A stretch of 63,773 bases of DNA, counting the filler, from Kondoa subrosea (lineage: Eukaryota), in assembly GCA_039545335.1 (NCBI GenBank). It is 11 parts of 9 records of this genome, joined end to end, with 100 filler letters (N's around TTAATTAATTAA, not from the genome) between each part and the next. Parts side by side here need not be neighbours in the genome. Positions count along the whole stretch, not along the records: positions 11,152 to 15,286 come from BCIN01000003.1; positions 15,387 to 24,673 come from BCIN01000006.1; 9 more parts are not named here. One strand, written 5' to 3'. Below the pieces are notes generated by a model that saw nothing but the letters and a program-made list of their open reading frames with translations, made no database searches and was not told the origin of the DNA. Positions 12,555-24,673 of the stretch are shown piece after piece. Each line of letters opens with the position of its first letter. Within the stretch, counting starts at the first letter, position 1. The position numbers were made by a program, and so were the translations under genes.

Positions 12555-13755
12555 TCAATCCCCCAAAATCTTACCGATCAATCTGCCAAACCACAGGTTA
12601 ACTGCGTGCATGATCCATTCTGCGAGCCCTGCCCATAAAGAGCCAGGAGGTAACACAGGTGTCGTCGGATTCAGCAGTTGACCTGAAGTCAAGCAAATGG
12701 AAAATTCATCAAACACAGAAGAAATGTCAAAGAATAGAAAATCACCTGCAACTGCAGCCCTGGGATTGGTAAACAACCAATTCAACCTGCAGACCCAACC
12801 AATGGCAACTACATGGCAGGCCAGACCACACGCCAGATGCAGGGCGAAGTTGGGCGTGGTGAAGAGGGAAGACAAAGACTCTGCTGAAAAGAGAATGTAG
12901 GCTGATAGAGCATAGAAACCAGCTACATAGACTACAGGGGTTGCCAAGGCCTGACTGGCGTACTTCTTGCGCCCGTTCCAATTGCTGACCAATAGCCACT
13001 CTCGATGCGCTCTCTTCCATCTGATGTTCTTCTGTCTGATGTTGCATTACCGCTGAAGAACGTAAAGAAGGATTTATTGATCTTCTTCGGTTCACGCAAA
13101 GCGTCTGCAAAACAGATTAGCTTCGAGATTAGCACAAAAAAGAGACGCAACTCAAAGACGCACCTCGAACTTTCTTAGCACAATCATAAAGGTCCCAGTA
13201 GATATAAAACAAGGCCCAGTCTTGCATCATGCGCATGGAACTTGAACTACAGAAATTCGATGAGCAAGAAAATCAAATCGTGTCAAGGAAAATCTCTACG
13301 TACGGCTCTATTTTCAGCTCATGGTTGTATTCCACTCGCATATGTGTGTCATACTCATACGCAACCTTTCCTATTGGACCGAAGACCTTTCCACCGAGCG
13401 ATTCTTGCCATTTTTCAGCTGTTTCTACATCTAACGATCTTCCTGCAGCATTGACGAGTGAAGCTAGTTCTTCTAAACTCTATAGGGCATAATCCAATGA
13501 GCAATAGCACCCAATGATGTTAGTAGGGGAAAGCCGTACTTGCAACATATCTACGAGATCTGCTGTAAGAGTTATCGAAATGCGATGCAATGAGTCCAAT
13601 CGGTTGTCGTACGACTCTACACCAGGATCTTGCCAAAGAAAGAGCGGTTCGGTTGAATTCCTGAACAGGATATAGACATATAAGGTCCACGTCTGATTAT
13701 TGTTCCACGCCTCTTTGTTCAGTTCCAAGGGAGGAAGACTAGCGACGTTATCCAT
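12555..13755 (-). CDS. Hypothetical multi-exon membrane protein
   Basis: ATG at 13755, GTACGG/GTACGT/GTGCGT donors, hydrophobic C-terminal segments; exon structure not fully resolved. Confidence 0.45.
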
Positions 13756-14867
13756 GTGAAAGATAGCTGATCAGGCGCAAGTCGGAGATGGCAATTGAAA
13801 GAAGAGCGTTGGGCGCAAGACGGTCGAGAAACAACAAGCGCGGGTCAGTCGAAAATAGAAGATCACAAACGCTTCTCCCGAAGCTCATCGATGATCCCCG
13901 ACCGACCTAAAGCAGCAATACTGAGAGTGAGGAACAAAGGGACAACAGTGAATTGTATTGCAGTACAAGTGCTTAAGGCCAAAATAAATCCTAGCTATGC
14001 AAACCTGTAAAGCTCCTTCATAGCTTCTTCCCCATTGTTTGGACGCTTTCAAAGTGAAGCTGAACTTTGCATGCTGATGGCAATTGTCGTCTTCGAGCGA
14101 AAGACTGATGAAGCTGAAAGGGTTCGTGTAGGAAAGTTATAGAAGAAAATGTATTTGGCATGAAAGTGGGCTGTATCTGTATACATTTTGATAGCTCGCA
14201 GTTCCTTGAACCAGATTGCTGAAATTCTTTTACAAATCCGATTTGTCTACACAATGGGTGTCGCTGTTATTGCATTTGTTTGGTGATCCGAGGCAGCGAA
14301 ATGCGCAGAAGCAACTGTAGACGACTAAGATCTCCTGTTGGAGGACAGTTTGCTAGCGCTTGCATTGCTGCACGAAGAGACCCACTCAAGAACATGTTCA
14401 AAGCGAAACTTGGCCATAAGCTGCACATACTACACACGAAAGGTAGAGTTGTAATACGCGAGTTAGAGAAAAATAGGAGACAGCTATCGAATCGAATGAA
14501 AGCCCAAGAGCACAGCGAAAGTCGTTTGACATGATCTGTGTTGCTGTGTAGCTAAGAGGTTGTTTCAGAACAATCTCTTCTGCTGAGAGCGACTTTGGTT
14601 TTGGAACAAGACTCACGAGTGCTTTGTCTACGGATATCCACGGGACTGATCTATACCACTCGACTCTTCCAACAAGCGCCGACAAGCCCGTACCCGAATT
14701 CAACTCTTCTTCAAAACAAGTGTCAGACCGAATATACCCTAGAATCTGTAGCTAATGACAACGGAGCTACGCGATATCATCTCGAGGCGATTCTAGGCAT
14801 TTCCCCTACTTTACTTCAAGGTCAAGGTCAATCAGCTTCTTCCTCCTCATCAGATGGACGCAACAGT

Positions 14868-15286
14868 ATGCAGAGCAGCTATGGCTATGAAGATTCGCAC
14901 CAGTATTACCAGCAGTCGAGAGACACCAGGTTGCCTAGTCTTGGTTCGATAGCTTTGGCTCTGCCGAATATGGGTGAAAAGGGTGATGCGGCGATAAGAA
15001 GAGTTGCCAGTCGCCCCAGCTTGGTTCCTAGACCTCCTCTTGAAGATCGAAGAGCTAGGTAAGTTTCCCTCGAGAGCTTCTCATAGGCAACACTGAACTT
15101 CTAATGCAGCAGTCAAATCACTCGTCGCATCTCTACCAACAGTGTCATGAGCTTGGACGACACACCTGTCAAGTCACCTACTTATTCTTACCAACAGCAG
15201 CAATACCTCACTCGCGCATCACAAAACATGGGTTCTGCCGAACGATCTTGCCCACCCTCTTCAGAAAACCGTCGAAGAATGATCGC
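14868..15286 (+). CDS. 5' part of an unidentified gene (Q/S-rich), cut by contig edge
   Basis: MQSSYGY..RLPSL.., GTAAGT(15059)..CTAATGCAG intron keeps the frame open to the contig end. Confidence 0.4.
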
Positions 15287-15484
15287 NNNNNNNNNNNNNN
15301 NNNNNNNNNNNNNNNNNNNNNNNNNNNNNNTTAATTAATTAANNNNNNNNNNNNNNNNNNNNNNNNNNNNNNNNNNNNNNNNNNNNGGATTGTAACACTA
15401 TCAAACGCTTTCCATCTCTAAAGCTGTCTCCTCCACATACTTCCTCTCAATCTTCTTCAGCTGTAGCAAACCTGTGCAAACCTG

Positions 15485-15626
15485 TGATGGGCTTACAAAC
15501 GATCATTCTTTGTACACACTGGTCCGTTGAACATTTTAACCTTATCAGTTAAAATTGTATTCCTTTTTGGCGCAAGTCATTGAGGGATCACGAAAGGTGT
15601 CTGTGCTTAACGGCACAGCCCTATCA
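15485..15626 (-). repeat. Solo LTR family F (about 140 bp, TGAT...ATCA); other copies 16107-16235(-), 16356-16495(+), 22544-22687(+)
   Basis: Four homologous copies beginning TGATAGGGCTGTGCCG (one mutated) and ending CATCA; one interrupts the family B integrase fragment. Confidence 0.8.
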
Positions 15627-16355
15627 ATTCAGTCGTTCAGCTATTCCATTCTGTTGCGGAAAACGAGGAACTGTTTTCTGATGAATGATGCCTTCTTCTT
15701 TCAAATATGCTTCGAAATCCGCTGAAGTGTATTCTCTTCCGTGAACAGACCTGAAAGTCTTGATTTTGCTCTTTGTTTGGGTAAAGATCCAGGCTTTGAA
15801 GAGTTTAAAAGCTTTGATCTGTTCACTTTTGCGACGAAGATAGTAAACTTTTGCCAATCTTGATGCCTTGTCAACGTAGGTTACCTAATACTTCAAGCCT
15901 TCTCGGGAAGTCTCCAATGAACCTTCTAGATCGGACACAACGAATTCGCCAGGAAGCAGTTCTTCTGTTTCTCCAGATGAGATGGGCAGAAGGGAAAACG
16001 TTTTTGTTTCCTTGCCATACAAGGCTTGCAGTCTTCAGCAATAGGATGGTGAGCTTCTACAGATGCACCATCAACCAATGATCTATCGATCAGGAACTTG
16101 ACCCGATGATGCGTTTACAAACCATCATCTTTCGGCACAGCTAGTCCGTCAAGCAATATAAACTCGTCAATTAAAATTGTATTTCTTTTGCGAGGGATCA
16201 CGATTGGCCCAGTGAAGGACGGCACAGCCCTATCAGATCTTTGATAGGATGGCAAAGCGGCTGATGCAGAAGATGTTCTTTAAGCGGAGGATTGCGTGCA
16301 ATGCTTGCTTTTATTGGAGGGCGAATGATGTGAGTCTAGGTAAGCAAGTCCGTTT
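15627..16355 (-). mobile_element. Diverged integrase fragment of copia family B
   Basis: AKVYYLRRKSEQIKAFKLFK...QQNGIAERLN closely matches the 859-aa ORF at 47967-50546. Confidence 0.92.
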
Positions 16356-16649
16356 CGAGAGGGCTGTGCCGTTAACCACAGACACCTTTCGTGATCCCGC
16401 AATGACTTGCGCCAAAAAGGCAATTTTAACTGATAAGGTTGAAATGTTCAACGGACTAGTGTAGTAAAGAATGATGGTTTTTGTGAGCTCCATCACACGA
16501 AGTGAGTCGTACAGAATCGTAGACTGAAAATCTTTGGAAAAGGGCTTCCAAAGAACTTTGTACAAGGCAAGCAGCTCCTACAGCTCTTGCTCTTCATCCA
16601 ACATTCTCTCCTGCAATTCAAAGCGGTTAGACACTGATTCGTGTTCCCT

Positions 16650-19600
16650 TGTTAAAATATGCTATTTCGGTAAGATCAAGAGTGCTTTAAAGTACTTTTT
16701 GGTCTATCGGTTTAGCCTAATTTTATTAGGTTATGAGCCTTGGAAGTGCTTGAAGATTTCCTCAATCAATCCTTCCCTCTTTTCTTCTATTCATTCAACT
16801 GCTCAAGTATTTCTCTTCATTCGAACTCCGGGATCGTCCAACATCAAAACAATTTCAACTTAAACCAACATTTATCTGGTTCAAACTCAAGTTCAGCTGT
16901 CGTCCTCTGAATTCAATTGTCAATAAACATTTCAGTTCAGACCAATTTCAATTTGAACCATGTTCCAACTCATTCTAATTCTTCTTTATCAATCGTTTCT
17001 TTTATCGGTCAAATTTGAAACATGACTGACCTCAAGATCAACATCACCCATCTAAACATGGACAACTATGATGTTTGGTCTGCTAGAATGGAAGCCTCCT
17101 TGGATGTCAAAGAGTTGTGGGATGTTGCTCGAGGTGCAAGCATTAGGTCTGCAAGTGTTACTGGTGGAAATGTCAATCCAGCAAACATTCAGGCCAACAA
17201 CCTCTTGATCGATGCATGGGACAAGAAGAACAAGGAAGCCTACTATTTCATCTCAGTTACTGTGGAAGAAATTCAATTCAAGCATATCATGGACACCAAA
17301 CTGGCTGCCACTGCTTGGAAGAAGCTCAAAGATGTGCATGCTCCAAGTGGTATTGTCTATTAAGGCAAGCTCCTCATGTCGGTGGTCAACACTCGTTACA
17401 CTGGTGGTAGTATGCAAGAACATATCACTTCTTTCCTTCGAACTCGCTCCAAGCTGGACAACGCTGGCTTCAAGATATCTGACAAGATGATCAATTTCCT
17501 CTTGCTCAATTCGCTTTCTGAAGTGTATCAGACTTTCCGCGATTCTTTCATGGCTAACGTTACCGATGAAACTTTCACAACTACAAATCTCACTCGTCGT
17601 ATCTTGCTCAAGAAGAAGAACTCAACACTCGTTCTATCTCCTCTTCTTCTGCTATTGCTTTGAGCACTACTACTCAGCAAGGTTCTCGTCCACCTCGTGT
17701 CAATAACAATAGAAGCGGTAAACCAAATGTTCGCAAATCAACCATTCCTGAAGCAGAATGGTGTACCTACGGTCCCTGCTTGAGAAAGGATACCCATCGA
17801 ACCAACAAGTGTAATTGCAAGATATTATGAGGAACAATCCTTCTATTATGCAATCAGCATCAGCAAACAATGTTGAATCCGCCGAAGCTTTCTGTGTCGA
17901 AGCTCACAACAATTCAACCGATTCAAACCCTATCCAATTCATTGAAGATTACTTTTTGGACTCGGCCTGCACCGAACATATGACTGCTGATGGTCCTGCT
18001 TTGACTGAATACACTACTTTAGCTCAACATATCCTTGTCAATGTTGGTCGTCTTCAGTTCTCAGCTATCGCTACTGGTACTTTGCAATTCTATGCTGAAG
18101 GCTATGGTGTCAGAACTCTCAAGAATTGTCTTCACGTTCCTGGTCTTCCTCACGATCCTCTCTCAGTCTTGACTTGGTCGGGCTCTCGTGAAGATCTCAT
18201 GGTGAAATTGTATCTGGTGGAACACTCCAGCAGCAAGACTGGACTATCTTGACTTTGAATGAAGTAGACATGCAACAGGCAGTAGCGAGTCAATGGGTTA
18301 CTAGCATCTCTTGTACCTGTTCAGCACATTCACATTGCATCGCTTGTGTTATCGGCAAAGGCAAACGTCTCCCTTTCCCTCATCAATCTCTTTCTCGTGC
18401 TTCTTCTGTTCTTCAATTAGTTCATTCCGATATGGCTGGTTTTTCCGCACGCTGTCCCTTGATGGCTCACGTTATTATTCAACATTTATTGACGATAATT
18501 CTCGATTTGTCAAAATTGTTTTCTTCAAGTCTCCAATCGAAGTCAAACAGAAAACAAAATCTTCCGAAAGCCACTGCCGAAAAGGAAACTGGACAATCAC
18601 TTCTTACCTTTCGAACCGACAATGGTACAGAAACCAATAATCGAAATCTCACTGATTTTCTGGAAGAAGATGGTGTCAAAAGAGAAGTCATTGTACCTGG
18701 CGCACATGAACAGCTTGATGTCGCCGAACGTATGAATTACACCATTGCAAACACGGAAAGGACTATGCTGCACGAGTCTGGTCTTCCTTTATGTCTTTGG
18801 CCTGAAGCTTTCTCGCATGCTGTCTATCTTCGAAATCGCTCACCAACTTCTGCCGTCGAATCAGCTGTTCCTTATGCCAAATATTATGGCAAAGTTACTG
18901 GTCTCAGTCACCTCAGAGTCTGGGGCAGCAGAGTCTACTATACTGTCAACAAGGACAAGTGAGGATCCTCGCGCCAAGTTGGGATTTTTCGTTGGATTTC
19001 CAGATGGAATCAAGGGTTATCGTGTCTACTGCCCTGACAGTCGCAAGATTGTGGTCGTTCGAGATGTCTTGCACTGGGAATATTCATTACGCTTCAAGAC
19101 ACTTAGAACATTCTCAAGCTAAATTTACCTGGGCGACTGAATCATGTGGGAGTCGTTATTTCTGATCTACAAAAGTCAGAAAATCCAGCAACTGCGGGAG
19201 AATATGTGGGAGGAGATCAACCTGTCAATGCAATTCTCAACCCTCAAGTATCATCTCCTGCTCCAACGCATTTATTCACCTTCTCCAGAAAGTGCTGCAT
19301 CTGTACCAGAAACTACGATCAGACGAAGTACAAGAGATCGCACGCCTACCTCCTTCTATGGTAGAGGTCCTTCTCCAAATCCTTCTGCTAAGCTTCATAC
19401 AACCCTCGACCTATCAGATACCTCTGAATCATCATCTGAAGATGAAGAGTCTGATGAAGATCCTCTTGCTCTGAATGTCGAGGTCTCTCTTTCCAAACCA
19501 AGAAGCTACCGCGATGCAGTCAAATATGGGAAGGAGTGGGAGTTGGCCATAGAAGCAGAACAGAATGCTCTCATTCAAGCTGGTACCTTCAGCAAAATTC

Positions 19601-21869
19601 CAAGATCACCTCTTGCTGCAGATGAACCTCTCGTCAGGGCACAATATCTCTTCGACAACAAGCTGAATGCTGAAGGCGAATTAATCAAGGGAAAGTGTCA
19701 TATTGTCGCTGATGGTCGAAGTCAGGTTGAAGGAGTCAACTATGGCGAAAGCTATGCTCCGGTCACTCACAGAGATACAACAAGAGTACTGCTTTCTTTC
19801 GTTGCTCGAGAAGATTTGGAAGCAGATTAATGTGATGTCAACTCTGCTTCTCTCAAAGAAAAGGTCACATGGAAATCCTTGAAGGCATGCAATCTGGAAG
19901 ACATGGTCGCCCTTTTGCACAAATCACTCTACGTCTCAAACAATCACCTCACGAACGGCACGGCATGTACGACAAATGGATACTCAGTCAAGGTTTCCAC
20001 ATGCCGACGCCAACATTTGTCTGTATTTGTGGAGAAAAGCCACCGATTTCGTCTGGATTGGAATCCATGTCGATGACTCAATTATCATTTCAAATAGTGT
20101 TTCAGCCAAGGATGACTTCAAGAAAAACATGAGCAACAGGTTCAAGCTAGAAGATCGTGGCCCTATCAATTACTTCCTGGGGTTTCAAATCAAACGCGAC
20201 AGAGAAAAAAAAAACGTTTGCTCTGCCTTTGTCAAGAAAAATATCTTCGTGAAGTCTTGGAACGGTTCGGTATGCAAGATACAAATCCAGTCGCTACTCC
20301 TTTGGATCCTGGTTGTCAGTTAATGAAGCCGACTCCAGAAGACATTGCCAAGAATCGAGATTATCCCTTTCAAAGTGTGGTCGGCAGCGTAATGTATGCT
20401 ACTCAAGTCACTCGCCCAGAATGTGCCTATGCTGCCAACAAGCTGTCACAATACAGTTCATGATAGCCTCTCACTCTCTTTCAATGTCACTCCTTGGTAT
20501 CAACACTCATCTCTCCTTTAATGCAAGTGTCAATCCAAGAGTCGCTCCGCTCCTTCTTTCTCAACAACGGTTCGGTGTATAATTTCACTCGGTTGACAGC
20601 AGGCTGTTACTTGTAGACCGGTTGTCCTTATGATGAAGGCTCACGAACTGGGTCGTATAGAATCGTAGACTGAACATCTTTGGAAAAGGGTTTCCAAAGA
20701 ACTTTGTACAAGGCAAGCAGCTCCTACAGCTCTTGCTCTTCATCCATCATTCTTTCCTGCAATTCAAAGCGGTTAGACACTGATTCTTGTTCCCTACACC
20801 TGCACCTTCGCTCACAAGCATTCACCTTCACCTTCACCTGCAAATCTGCTTTTCAACTGGTGGAAGCTCTCTAGATTCCCAGTGAGACCCATCAGCTCAG
20901 GATGGGGCTCTCAGCAAGTAGCAGCAGCCAAACACCTTCTTCGCTACTTCAAAGGCACTCTTGATCTTTCTCTCTGCTATGGTCTTAATCCTGATGCACC
21001 TTTGGTACTTGGCTATGCGATCCGGATTATGCTGGATGTTTAGACACAAGACGCTCAACGACAGCTTACATCTTCCAGGTCAATGGCGACACTGTTTCTT
21101 GGAACTCAAAGCGTCAGCCGACCGTGGCCAAATCTACTTGCGAAGCAGAATATATGGCAAGCTCGGATATGGCAAANCAAGCTATCTGGAAGAAGTTGCT
21201 CTTATCAAACTTACAGCGTCCTGTCATTGGTCCTCTGCCTCTGAAGAATGACAACTATGGCAACATCTGTCTATGTCACAATCCTGGTATGCGCGATCGC
21301 ACCAAGCACATCGCCATTCATCATCATTTTATTCGAGAGAAAATTGAAGCTGGTGACATGGACATCACTCATTGTCCGGCAGCCGACATGATTGCCGACA
21401 TTCTTACCAAAGCCTTGCCAAGAGAAACCGTTGTCAAACATCGCATGTCAATGGGTCTACGGAAGTTTGGTCAAGTCTAACGAATGGGAGTGTTGTAAGT
21501 CAATGGTCGTCACAACTCTCACAAACTTCCTCTCTGCATCTTCTTTCCCACGCGTCATCTCAACACGTCGCGTCACTTCAACGCGTCACGTCTTTTTCTA
21601 CACGACTTCGCGTCACGTCATCCTACACGTCACGTACTTTACTTCATCAAGCGCGACGCGATTGGTCAGGACTCATTTCGATATGAACGGTCGAGACTCA
21701 TTCCAATATCAACGGTTGCCACATCGGGATGTACCGGGTCGTATGATTTCAATCTGGGCTGGTAGCTGTACATAAAACTCGAGTTTTCTCTTTCTTCTTG
21801 CTTTTCTTCTCGTTCTATACTTGTATTCCAACAAGTCTGAGAAGAAGTCTAGCAGCTCTGTTCATATTA
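16650..21869 (+). mobile_element. Near full-length degenerate Ty1/copia element (gag-PR-IN-RT-RNaseH) with non-matching LTRs
   Basis: 79-bp LTR, PBS GGTTATGAGCC (16729), gag NYDVWSARM..L...LW, protease FLDSACTEHM, integrase LVHSD/RTDNGTE, RT IHVDD, RNaseH STCEAEY..RTKHI..ADILTKAL, PPT GAATGGGAG, LTR 21491-21869; many stops and frameshifts. Confidence 0.93.
20461..20894 (+). repeat. Solo LTR family C inserted in RT
   Basis: TGATAG...CATCA, flanks GTTCA/GCTCA; the RT reading resumes after it. Confidence 0.9.
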
Positions 21870-22266
21870 GCAAAATGTAGCGCAAATTCAGCTGAGTTTA
21901 TAATAAGGCTTGACGCTGGTAGCGCTCGTCTTCGTTGGTAATAAATTTCTCCATCAAAAGCAAGGATGAATATTCTTCCTAAAATCCTTGATATCCACCA
22001 AGCGGTAGAAGCAAATTGATCAAGACCACCTATCTTCTTCGCAAGTTTCTGAAAGGCAGCACACATGAAGTTCGGATCGCGAGCGCAAATCCAATAAAGC
22101 GGCTCGCCAGAAACGTTCTACAAACTCGGCACAGTCTCGGTAGAACGACAAAAGATGAAGCAGAGAGGACCAAGAAGACTGGGCCTTGCGTTGCCGAGGC
22201 ATCGTACGTATACTTGATCGCGATCTTTTGATTATGGCAAACAAGTCATAAACAAGTCATGAACTC

Positions 22267-22345
22267 TGTTCGAATATGCTATTTCGGTACCATCAAGAGT
22301 GCTTCGGAGTACTTTTTGATCTATCGGTTTAGCCTAATTTTACTA
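22267..22345 (+). repeat. Solo LTR family D (79 bp)
   Basis: TGTT...ACTA, flanks AACTC/GACTC. Confidence 0.85.
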
Positions 22346-22351
22346 GACTCA

Positions 22352-22482
22352 TTCAGAGAATGATAGTGCTCTGCGAGATACAGCTCTCTAAGCTATTGCT
22401 AAGAGAAGAAGAAGTGTCTCGCCCTAAAAGTTCTCGCTTCGACCTTCAACTCTGACCTCAACGTGCTGCTTTACATCCTGTA
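22352..22482 (+). repeat. Solo LTR-like element family E (131 bp)
   Basis: Perfect 5-bp TSD ACTCA at 22347-22351 and 22483-22487; termini TTCAG...CTGTA. Confidence 0.85.
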
Positions 22483-22689
22483 ACTCAATGCAGATTTAAT
22501 CGGCTGTAGAGAACGAGACAGAATGAGACGAGGTTTGCGGAAGTGATAGGGCTGTGCCGTTAATCACAGACATCTTTCGTGATCCCTCAATGGTTTGCGC
22601 CAAAAAGGAATACAATTTTGACTGATAAGGTTAAAATGCTTAACGGACTAGTGTAGTGAAGGATGATGGTTTTTGTATGGTCCATCAGA

Positions 22690-23100
22690 CGTCTGCAAAT
22701 TCGAAGAAGAGCTTTTTGAGTTCAGCGTCCAAATGGATGTCTTCTTCCGAAAAGCAGGATCTATGCCAGAGGTATTTAGGTCGGGATCTTCGTCAGCAAT
22801 CACAGATGCGATGCAAGCGATTTTTTAAAAAAAAAAAAAACTCAGCTAAATAAATCACTTTGATCCAATTCGGCAGGGGAAATAAAGGATAATTCAGCAT
22901 AAGCAGAGAATATGCGCTCTTTGACGTTCTCAGGCATGACATCTTTGCAGAACCCGAGAGCAAGAAGTTCTTCAACAGAGCAAGTAGATGGCTCGACATC
23001 GAGAGCAGAGACAAGAGAAATAAGAGGAAGATTGGAGGACTCGAGCATCACGAAGAATAACAGTGCCTGGAATCACATCTAAGATCACATCGTATTTAGT
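22690..23100 (+). mobile_element. Possible decayed LINE ORF2 remnant; similar hints at 3420-3715(-) and 21900-22250(-)
   Basis: Short motifs only: EPESKKFFNR, KLAKKIGGL, WRVLWK resemble L1-type ORF2 segments. Confidence 0.25.
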
Positions 23101-23431
23101 GACAAGATACACGTAAAAAGGACAAAGACTCAGTTTGATATCTCCAAAGTCGAAATCTTAAACAAACTAAAATAGGACATAATAGGTATTGTTTTTGTTA
23201 CCAAGTTTGCAGGGCAATGGCTTCTCTAATTTACCTCGATTCGAATTGTGCATGAATGTAGGTAGCAGGACCAGGAGAAGCTTGCGGACCAGTGACATCC
23301 ATAGAGAAGACTTCAGCGTCGCAAGCAAGTCTCAACAGCGACTTCGGGATTTGAACATCAATCAAATCATGCTGAGGAGAAGGAGAGGGGATGTCTCAGT
23401 CTCCCCGGAATCATAGTTGACCAAGGAGGGG

Positions 23432-23725
23432 TCTTGGAAGTCGATGGTCGTTACAAGTCTCTCAAAACTGTTCCCCTCCATCTTCTTGCGTATGCGTCAT
23501 CTACTCGTCGCGTCATTTCATCGCGTCACGACCTCTCCTATACGACTTCGAATCACGTCATCGTACGCGTCAGATACTTNACTTCATCAAGCGCGATGCG
23601 ATTGGTCCAGACTCGTTTCTCTAGTTGTACGTAGGACTCGAGTTTTCTCTTTTTTCCTGCTTTTCTTCTCATCCTATACTTGTATTCCAACAAGTCTGAG
23701 AAATTTAGCAGCCCGATTTATCTTA
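23432..23725 (+). repeat. Diverged LTR family A preceded by a purine tract
   Basis: AAGGAGGGG followed by sequence homologous to 21491-21869, ending TCTTA. Confidence 0.8.
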
Positions 23726-23909
23726 CTCTCACATATAGAATGTTAGCCAAGCTTGTTGCATACAGGCCCTTCAGCAGCATTTTCGTGTGTCGGGCAAATA
23801 GCAGAGTATCAAAGGGTTAGGTGACATTCCGATGACCGAGGACCTCTAGATGAATTTAGCCACCGATTTTAGCTGCCTGCTGATCGCATCGCCTGCTCAT
23901 TCGGTATAG

Positions 23910-24673
23910 TCAATGCAGCGACAAAGTCCGGCCGAATGAGACCCAGATGCGCTTCAATACACTTCGCTTGGCTTTTGTCTCGATGGCATCTTCCAGCAAT
24001 CGAACATCGTTGAACAGTTCTATGTTCAATGTCCTGTTGCGGAACGCGAGGTGCTTGCCTGCAAGAACGCGAAGTCGGGCGGTGTGCAGCAGAACATGAC
24101 CCAATCGGGCGGCCTTGGTGGCCTGGGAATCGTTGTAATCATCTCGCCTCAGTAGCAGATCGAGTGAGCGGAAGGTCGACCACAGCTTGCGATGTTGATT
24201 ACATAAACTCGAGTCGCGGTAGACAAGAGTGCGACACCATGATGCCAGACCATAGAGCACAAGTATAGAGGGCGCGATGGACACAAACGCAAATGTCAGC
24301 GATTGCTTTTGGAATATTACGGATAAGCTTGTCCCGCAAAATTAAGACTGCCAAAGAACGTACGCTGCGGAGCAGTTTTTCCAAGCCGCTCATCGCCAAA
24401 GCCAAATCAACCTTGACCTTTTGAACTTGAATGAGCAGCACCCGGATGAGCGATCCAGCGACAGCAGACATCAAAGGAGACTGCGAAAAAGGCCATTANT
24501 TTCGTGTTTTCCCTCGACGAAATCTGGACGCACCTTGATTTCGCGCTCCCAGACTTGCATCACGGCCGTCATGTCTCCCTCTCGCACTCTTCTACCCATG
24601 GCCAGCACTTGCTCCTCGCTGCAGCCACACATGTCTCGACCAAATTCCGCAACCATGCGTTCCAAACTGGCCA
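23910..24673 (-). CDS. NCA2: Nuclear control of ATPase protein 2, 3' part
   Basis: GDMTAVMQVWEREIK|SPLMSAVAGSLIRVLLIQVQKVKVDLALAMSGLEKLLRS|QQLTFAFVSIAP matches the NCA2 domain; two introns. Confidence 0.85.
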
